Origin: a virus
IMG/VR virus record: IMGVR_UViG_3300021142_000013
Coordinates: 38,075-102,074 of that record
DNA: 64,000 bases
Reading direction: 5' to 3' (one strand)
The notes beneath the pieces are model-generated. The model was not told the origin of the DNA, ran no database searches, and saw only the letters and a list, made by a program, of their open reading frames with translations. The position numbers were made by a program, and so were the translations under genes. Positions 1-9,900 of the stretch are shown here, piece by piece. Every line of letters begins with the position of its first letter. The first letter of the stretch is position 1.

Positions 1-1
1 A

Positions 2-958
2 AAATCTTTAACAGACTTAAAAACTGCTGCTGAAACATATGGTGCTGAACAAGTAAAGTTACCTGATCAAAATTTTGTAATTAAAGATAAATACGGAACA
101 ATTACAATTAATCCTTCACAGCATATAAATTTCATAAACAAACTCAAAGATATAAACAATTATATCCAAGAACATGCACAAGTAGAGGGTGGTACAAGTA
201 GTACAGGTATTTCTACAGGATATACTTCTAAAAAAGAATATGAAAAAGCACAACAAGAAATATTTGACAAATATAAGAATGATCCTGATTATGAATTATT
301 AAAAAGAATATATTCTCAAAATCTTCAAACAGAAATTGCTAAAACAGTAATAAATCCTTATGATGAAGCAATATCTAAAAGAAGACAAGCAGTTAACGAA
401 TATTATACCAATCAAGGTAAAACATTAAATCCTGAAGGTATTAATGTTCAAGGAAATCCTAAGTTAGAAAAAGAAGTAGAAGGATTAGCTAAAAATGCAT
501 ATACCGCAGCACACCCTGATTCAAAGTCTTTTCCTAAGAATTTTGAAGTATTAAATACTTATTATGATAGTAAAGGATTACCACATGTACAATATGTAGC
601 GGATGGTGTACGAGAAGATTCACCGCTTACTACTTCAGGAGAACTCTCTTTTATGAAAAGAGATCCTTATGATTGGGCTGAAAACGCAATTGAATATTCT
701 CCAGCAAAACAATTAACTACTACAAGTAGTAATGGTAAAATAACGTATTCAGTAGGTAAAGATAGTTATGGTTCATATTCTTTATATTTATTAAATAATG
801 GTAATCGTATAAGAATACCTACTCCACAACCATTAATTTCTGCAGGAAATGCAATATCTCAAATTGAAGATTTTGCAAATGCTAAAAATGGAGATGGTTC
901 TCCAATGACCTCTCAACAAATAATTGAAACAATACAAAACGAATATTTAAATAGATAA
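2..958 (+). CDS. 3' part of a large virion/cargo protein truncated by the window edge (the 653..958 ORF is only its tail)
   Basis: The frame is open from nt 2 (KSLTDLKTAAETYGAEQVKLPDQNF...) through the ATG at 653 to TAA 958. It lies directly upstream of the virion RNAP gene, where crAss-like phages encode ejected cargo proteins. Confidence 0.7.
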   Translation, partial: KSLTDLKTAAETYGAEQVKLPDQNFVIKDKYGTITINPSQHINFINKLKDINNYIQEHAQVEGGTSSTGISTGYTSKKEYEKAQQEIFDKYKNDPDYELLKRIYSQNLQTEIAKTVINPYDEAISKRRQAVNEYYTNQGKTLNPEGINVQGNPKLEKEVEGLAKNAYTAAHPDSKSFPKNFEVLNTYYDSKGLPHVQYVADGVREDSPLTTSGELSFMKRDPYDWAENAIEYSPAKQLTTTSSNGKITYSVGKDSYGSYSLYLLNNGNRIRIPTPQPLISAGNAISQIEDFANAKNGDGSPMTSQQIIETIQNEYLNR

Positions 959-960
959 TA

Positions 961-3900
961 ATGCCTGAATACGCACCTATAATTAATCCAGATAATACCA
1001 GACCAATTCTACCTAATCAATCACCTTTAAGTGATAATATTAGTAAAGAACCTGTTATTGGTAATTCTAAGGAATTAGATGCACAATATAGGAAACAACA
1101 GTTCAATAATATATTTTCGGCTCCTTATAAAGATAAGGATGCGATGAAAACTTATTATACGCCTGAACCTGAAACTAGAAAATATCCTTTATTTAATCCT
1201 TTGGTTGATAATGAAGAGATTTATGCACAACAGCAAAGTCCTTTAACACAGACTTTTCACGGTATTACAAAAGGTGTAGCAGATGCAGGTATATCTTTTG
1301 CACAAACGTTATTATTTCAACCTAATGCACAATGGGCAGAAGATGCTAAATCTCGATTAGAAAATTTTCTACCCAATTATTATTCTCATTGGCAACAACA
1401 ACATCCTGTACAAGCAGCGATACCTTTTTTTGGTAGCGGAGCAAACTTTTGGTTTGATAAAGTATTTAAGGGTACAGCCGATATGCTTGGTATGATTGGT
1501 GCAAACTATATACAATCGGCTCTTATAGGACTCGCTACAGGAGGAATTGGTGAAATAGGTACTTTATCTGAAGGAGTAGGTAATATTTATTTAAAAGCAA
1601 GTAAATTTTTATCAGGTGTAGATAAAACAGCAGAATTTCTAAAAGATATGAATCTTGAAGGAAGAGAGCTAGAAGCTATACAAGGATTTGAAAAAACTTA
1701 TACTCAAAATGTAGGTAGGGAATTTCTTCAGAATACAGGACATGTTGCTACAAATACAATATTTTCTCATATGATGGCTTCACAAGGAGCTAAAGAAACA
1801 TATGATACAATACATAAAGATTTACATAATCAATTTGTTCAGGAAAATGGTTACGAACCAACAGGAGAAGATTTAACAAATATAGAGAAAACAGCTACAT
1901 CCGCGTCTAATGTAAAATATGGTACGGATTTCGCATTATTTATGGTTCAGGCACTTGCTATGCCACACTTACTTAATTCTTTTAAATCTGCTATAAACCC
2001 TTCTTTTAAAGGAGTTGAAGAACTTACCTCTAAAATGAGCGGTAAAGTTTCTTTGGAAGAAGGTGCTAAAACATTAACAGATGCGGATAAACTTAAATAT
2101 GAGAGTACTAAAGGTAATCCTTTTGTAAATAATTATATTAAGCCTTTTACCAAAAACATGATAACTCTTGGAGGAATTACTGTAGGAACAGAGACCTCTA
2201 AAGAAGCAGTTAAAAAATATTTTGAAGATAAATATAATAAAAAGATAGTAGGAAATTTAAATGATATTATAAAATCAACTGTTTCTGGACTAGAAAATAC
2301 TTTTGGTTCTAATGAGGGTTTAGAAGGCATTTTAAGCTCTATGATGACGGGTGGTATACTTGGTATAGTTGAACATGCTTTAGAGGCTAGAAACGCTCGT
2401 AAATCAGGTCAAATGACTCCTGAAGAAAGGGGTAATTATGCATATAATCAAATGAATAATTGGTCGGCGTCAGGTATATTTGAAAACAATTATGCTGAAG
2501 CTGCTGCTACGATGAAGTCAGTTGATGATATGAATCAAGCTATTAAAGATAACGATCCTTTGGCTTTTAAAGCGGCTAAAGATGATCATTTCTTTAATTT
2601 TATTACTTCAGGTATTAAAAATAATTTGTTTGATGTACGCATTGCTCAATTGGAAGCAATGAAAGAAATTCCTTTAGAAGAACTTAATAAATCATTAGGT
2701 TTACCAAAAGATACAGATTCTCATAAATATATAGATTCTTTAATAGATAAAGCGCATGAACTTAAAAGAGCACATGACGCAATGAATAAAACATTAGGTA
2801 ATCCTTTTGTTTATAAAAATAATCCCAAAACAGAAGAAGAATTAAAACAAAATGAACTTTATCAAACATTTGAAGATTATAAATCTTCTCTTGTTAAATT
2901 ATCTTATAATAAAAGAGAAATAGATAAAGATGTTAAAAATATTGAGCAAGAAGCTAAAAAAGTAGATCCTCGTATAGATAAAGATTTGTTATCTAAATTA
3001 ACAGATCCTAATAAATTGCGTGATCTCAAAGAAGAATATAAAGATAATATACGAGATTTAGAAGAACAACTGAGAGCAAAATTGTTTTCTGGTAAAGATC
3101 TTATTAATAAAAAAGAACAATTAAAACATTTAAATACGCTTGTTTCTAAAATAGAAAAGACATTAGATTCAAAAACATTTAATGGTGTTGAGTACCATCC
3201 TTTATTTAATGATTTATTGAATTATGAAGTAAATGGTAGAAATTTAGAAAATCAAGTACCTATTGATAAAGTACATATCGCTGATTTATACGATAAAGGA
3301 TATGATTTAAATAAACTTACGAAACAAGTTAAAATTGCAGATTTTGCATATGATTTCCAATTCTCTAAAGATGGCTATGATGATTTTATAGCCAGAACAG
3401 ATGAAGCAAGAAAAGCTTTAGATATATTCAGGAGTGAAGCTGAAATGAAAGCCTACTCTCCTATTAAGGATGCAGATGAAATCAAAGACAATAAAGCAAA
3501 ACCTGAAGAAAATCGCCAATGGAATCTTAATAAAGAACATAATCCTTATACAGTATCACAAGATGGTGATAAATGGAATGTAAAAAATCCATTCGGAGAA
3601 CCTATACAATCATTTGATACAAAAGCTGAAGCTGAAGAGAATAGAGATTATGAAAATAAAAATCTATCCGATTTAAAATCAATAACTCCTACTGGAAAGA
3701 AAGCAGATGATGGACGAATTGAAGTTGTAGATAGTAAAGGTAATGTTCAATGGTTAGATCCTAGAATGTTAGAAAACTATCAACCTACTAAAACAGAAGC
3801 GGAAATTGTTGCTGCTAGAAAAGAATTTAATAAAAATCTTCAAGTAAGTGTAAAAAAACAAACAGATAAAAATAAACCAACAGTTCTTCCTGAAAACGAT

Positions 3901-6900
3901 GATTTTGCAGAACAGATTGTAAAAGATAATGAAGCTAGACCTGAAGCTAAAAAACCTTCTTTATCAACATTATTTTTGAGAGGAACATATAATGAAAAAG
4001 ATGGTTCTCCAATACATAAACGTAGAGAAGCTTTTGCTGCAAAAATTGATAATTTACCTAATCACAATAATTTAAGATTAATTTTAATAACTCCTAACAC
4101 AGAAGAAGCATTTGGTCTTAAAGGATTAAGTGATGCTTTTTTAGATAATTTAGGGGAAGTTATTAATAAGAATGACCCTGAACAAGGTCTTGTAATGCGT
4201 GCGATGGTTGAACAAGATGCCGATGGTTCTTTGTATTATGTAAACAATAAAGGAGAACGTATTGGTAAAGCAGGTGAAGAAATACCTAATATATTAGAAA
4301 AAGGTATTTTTGATACCATGCCTACTACCGATTTATCGTGGAGAAGTAAACCAGATGAAAAACGCTTTCATTATCAACAAGGACAAACGGAAGAAGATGC
4401 TTTAGCTTATCAAAAAGCATGGAAAGCTAAACGCAAGCAAATATTTAAATGGAAAGGTGATAAAGAAAATCTTTTAGGTAATACTGAAGTTTATGAATTT
4501 TTAACTTCAAGAGGTATCGCGCAATTAAACGATTTGACTCCTACAGGAAAAGTAGATGAGAACGGAAAAGAAATTAATAAAAGAGCTAGAAATGCTGTAG
4601 GAGGAACTCTTATAGATGAAAGTAAAATAGGAAATGAAGGATTAATTGAAATATCTACTACAGGTAAAATCTCTCATAATGGAGAGGATATATCTGTTTC
4701 TAAAGGTGTTCCATTATTCCATAACGGTTCTACTCTAGAATATCTTTCCAATAGAAAATTAATAGATAAAGAAATATCTAATATTTATAATATTTTAAAG
4801 TATTCCGCAAAAGAAGGCAAATTTAATCAGGATGTTATAGATTATCTACAAGGAGTTATTAACTTTACAACTACCGAAACAGGTAAATCTATTTCAAGGA
4901 ACCAAGTATATCTTAAAGATGGTTTCTTATATTTTGGTAATAATGAAAACGGTGTACCCTTTACAGAAAAAGGTATTAAACAAAATAGTAAACTTATCGA
5001 AGAATACTTGGGTAAGATGTATAATGGTGTAAACAATAGATATCTTAAAGAAAATCGTCCGTTTACAGAAATATCTATCAACGATAAAGGAGAATTAGAA
5101 TCTTTTACTTGGAAATCTTATCAACATTATTTACTGTCTGATAAATATATATCTGATGACGCAGAACATAATTTACATAATAAATCTAGAGGAGGTGTAG
5201 ATTCTATTCCACTTACTACTCCAATTAGGAAAGTTGTGGAAGATGTTCCTAACGATAGTAATTTTATATATAAATCTTTTATAATTCAAAATCAACAAGA
5301 AGGTGCGGAATTTCTTAAAATAGAAAAAAAGAAAGAACAACCTGAACCTATAAAAGAAACTAAACCAAAAGATACTAAGGAAACGCCTATAAAATTCGAT
5401 ACTACTACTAAGTATAAATTCAAATCTTCTACAGGAGAAGATATTGCTTATACTGCAGGTATTGATGAAAATGGTAAAGCTCAAATAAATTGGGTAGAAG
5501 AAGATCAATTAGGTCTTAGACGAGCTGTTGCAAAAATATTAACTAATAAAGGAAAGGACTTAAATGATCCTGAAAGTCAATATGAAGCAGTAAATCAATT
5601 AGAAAAAGAAGTTACGGATTATCTTAATGAAAGGTTAGATAAAAAGCGTGCGACAACAGTAAAAGATGAAAAAAAGATAGATGAAAAGGCTAAAGAAATA
5701 AAAAAAGAAAAGAAACCTAATAGTAAGAAAAAGCCTAATCCTGGTTTTGGAGAAGAACAATATCGTATAGTAGATAATTTTGATTATGTAAAAGCCGATT
5801 TAAATAAAGAAGAAAAATGGATGAAAGAGAACTTGTCAACAGTTCCTTTTAATCGTTTAGAAAATATTATACGTACTACTAATGGAGGTACTGCTTTTGG
5901 TGTATTTAAAGATGCTGCTATTCATATATGGGAAAATGCTGAAGTAGGTACAACCTATCACGAGGCTTTTCACTCTGTATGGGATATGTTTACAACTTTA
6001 CCTGAAAGAGAAACTCTTTTAAAAGAATTTAATAGCAGAGAAGGTAGTTTTATTGATAGAGAAACTGGTGAAACTGTTGATTATAAAAATGCAGACGAAC
6101 ATCAGATTTTAGAAAAAATGGCGGAAGAATTCCGTAATCATGTTATTACTAATAATAAACCTCAAGGAAATGCTTTAACACGTTTTTTTAGAGATTTGGT
6201 TAACATGATTAAAAAATTAATATCTCCAGAATCTAAAACTATTGATCAATTATTTAAGAGAATAAATTCAGGTTATTATAATACAGGTACTTCAGTATCA
6301 GAAACTTTTGATAGAGCAGATTCTAAATATAGAGTTCCTGGTATAAGTGCGTCTAAAAGTTATCATCTAGTAAAAGATATTACTTCTCGTATTATTTCCA
6401 GATTATTTGCAACAGATGAAGGATTAAATACACTTGTTAATTTTGAAAATCCAAAAGATACTCCTTCTAAAGTATTTGAAGATATTTATAATGAGCGTGC
6501 AACTTATTATACAGATAACGATACCGAAGGAACTATTCCTGACCAGTTTGAAAACGGTTTAATAAATGAAGATCAATTCAAATCGTATCAAAATTTCTGG
6601 GCTAATGTAGATAAAGGATGGGATACTGTAAAAGCAGATATTGTAGATTATCTTAAAACATTAGGTATTGATACTAAATTCTCTGGAGAATATGTATCAT
6701 TAGCAAATGAAGAGTCTTATATTGAGAATAACTCTGAGAATGCAGATAGCGCAGATTATGACAAATCTGATAGACAAGAACAGTATCTTAAAGACGAATT
6801 TAAATTAGATGCTAAACGCTCTGCAGGAGTTCCTATTAAACTTTTATTATCTACTTTATTTGAAGCTAGTTTTCAAAAAGAAGCACAACCTATAAATGGA

Positions 6901-9900
6901 TTAATGCCTGTTTCAGATGTTATTGATCCTAATACAGGTTTGAGAAAGATGTTACCGTATGCTAAAACATTTAATACGTTAATGTCTACATTGTATAACT
7001 TAAATACTCCTAGTGAAAAACAAGAAAAACTTAAAGAACTTGCACAAAAAGACCCTAATTATGTACGTCTTTATAATCGTCTTGGTTTTAATAAACCTGC
7101 TGATCAAATAAATGCTGCAGAATTAAAACTTCAAACAATATTCTTCAGTGTTTTCTCTAAACAGAGACCTGAAACAATGACTACTATAAAAACTGAAAAT
7201 GGTAAAGAAACTTCTACATTTTCTTCTAACACAGTAGCTAATACAGGTAGATTGTTAGAATCTTGGATGACTAATCTTGTAGAAGAAGGTTTGAAATCTG
7301 GTTTAGTTGAAGAAAGAGAAGGTGTTCCTACATTTAAAGCAAGTAAACTTAGAGATGCCTCATTAAAAACAAATGCAGATAAATCTAAATTCTTATCTTC
7401 TTTTGGGATTCAGTTTGATCCTTCTTTAATGGAAAAGCTTTCTGCTAAAGATCAAAAAGATTTATCTAAAGCAATTAATGGATTAAAAGAAGGTATTATA
7501 AAAAATCCTATAATTGTAGATGTTAATAAAAAGACATTAGGCGAACAATCTAATCTAGAGCGTATTGCTGAAATTTTAACAAGAGCTAGTGGTGAAGGAG
7601 AAGAAAGTACTATATTTGGTCTTAAAAGCGAGCAGCGTCAAACATATTTAAATAATAATACAGTAAGTAACTGGTCTAACGATTTAAATAATGTTAAGAC
7701 TAAAGAAGAATTATTTAACAAACTTCCTTTTTTAGAAAACGATCCTTATAGACAAGATTCTTGGTATTTAAGTAATTTGTTTAATGAAGATGGTACTCGC
7801 AAAGCTATTAAATTAGAAACTAAATACACTCAAGGGATAAATGATCAATCAGATAATAGAAATCCCAGAAAGCCTATAGGAGTATTACCATATGCAGAAC
7901 GTGTAGTACATCAGATAAATCAAGAACTCAATAAAAATTATTATATACTTACTCCAGGAGATTCTAAAACAGAATGGATGTTAAGTATGGAACATATTAT
8001 TCCATATTCTAATTTCAAAGGTGCTTTAGTAAACGATAAAGTATATAATTTATTTAATAAATATTATAAAACTGAAAAAGAAATTGCTACTGAAGCAGAT
8101 GGTAAAATTAATGAATCTTATAAATCTTTAACATATCCTATCAACGGTGATTACAATACTGAAGAATTAGGTAAGGAAAAACTAACTAAATTCGTTACTG
8201 ATAGAGTAGAAGCTACCAAAAAGACGTTAATGGATTTTGGCTTTATTCAGGATACAGGTAAAGGATTTAAGTTAAAAGGCTTTGATAAGAATTTTATGAA
8301 AGCAAACGATCTTAATAAAAATTTATCTGCTCAAGAAGTACATGATTTTATTAAGTTTCGTGAAATTAATTATATGCTTAACAACGTTGAACAAACAAAA
8401 CTATTATTTGGAGATATTGTTAGTAAAGCAAAAGATTGGGAAAAACGTGTAAAATCATTTCTATCTCCAAGACAATCTTCTTATTATGGAAATGATGCAT
8501 ACAATAATATTTTAAACGACGAATATAATAAAGTAGGAGATACTCCTTTGAAACAAGGTGATCCTGGGTACTGGAATCATAAAGATAATATGAAGACAGC
8601 TACTATCAAAGATGTATATTCTACAGAAGATAGAGAGTATAACGGTAATCGTAAAAGTATCGTAAATGATGCTTCTTTACCTAAAGAAATTAGAGAAGCT
8701 TATGAGAAAAATAATGTTGCGGATGCTGGTGCATGGGTAAATGCGACTGCTTATAGAGAAATACTGACAAAAAGTCAGCAAACATTCACTAAAGAACAAG
8801 AACAACAGTATCAGTATGAATTAGCAAAAGATAGAATGCTGATAGATAAAGATAGTAAAGCAGGTATTTTACCTAAATCATTATCTTGGCAGTATTCTTC
8901 TGAAGAATTAAGAAAAGCAGATGAAGAACTTTTATCTAAAGGAGATCCTAAATCTGGAAAATTTGCAATTCTTAAAACAGTAGGTACTGGTGTAGATGCA
9001 GAAGGAAATACTTTCTTGCATAAAAAATCTATTGCCCCACAATTCTATTCTATGTTTAGAAAAGAAGAAAATGGTAAAGTGTCTATTGGAAATGGTGCAT
9101 TAGCTTATCTTAAAGATCTTCGTCAAGGAGTTTCTTATCACATTGCAGAAAGTGGTGTAAAAATAGGTGCTAAAGAAAAAGTAGATTTTTACAATAAAGA
9201 AGGACAACCTAATATAGAACAGTTTAATCTTAATCAAATATCTTCAATTCCTTTTAGATATTATGGTATACAGGTAGAAACACAAGGCTCTAAAGAAAAA
9301 CAAACTTTAGGTAGTCAGGTATCTAAGCTAGTTAAAATGAACTTTTTTAATGGTGGCTTACCTATTGATATTCAGGATAAATATAATTTAGATACATGGA
9401 ATGGTTTATCTGAAAAAGAAAAATTAGATAATTCTCCTGTATATAAAGCAATTAAAAGATATTCTGATGTGTATAGTGCGATGCATGATCACGGATACAA
9501 TATCTTTTTAAATAAATTAGGTATTGAGGATTTAGGTGATAGATTTGCTATACCTGATAAAAGTAAAGTACTTGCATTATTACAAAACGAACTTCTTCGT
9601 AGAGAAGCTCCTGAAAATATAAAAGATGCAATTAAACTTAATGATCAGGGAGAATTTGTAACTGCTTTTGAAGCATTACCTAATTATAAACAAATTAAAG
9701 ATATATTCTCTTCTCAAATAGAGAAGAATATTGCAAAGCCTAAAATGAATGGTGGTCCTAAAATCATGTTATCAAATCTTGGATTTGAAGTAGGTGATAG
9801 GAAAATAACTCAAAAAATGGTTAAAGGTAATCCTGTTTATGTATCTTCAGGATTAGAGTTTTATACTGCAGAATATGATAATGCAGGTAAAAGAACAAAA

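Noticed and set aside
653-958. Stand-alone 101-aa ORF
   Set aside because: The frame is open to the window start, so it is the tail of a larger gene.
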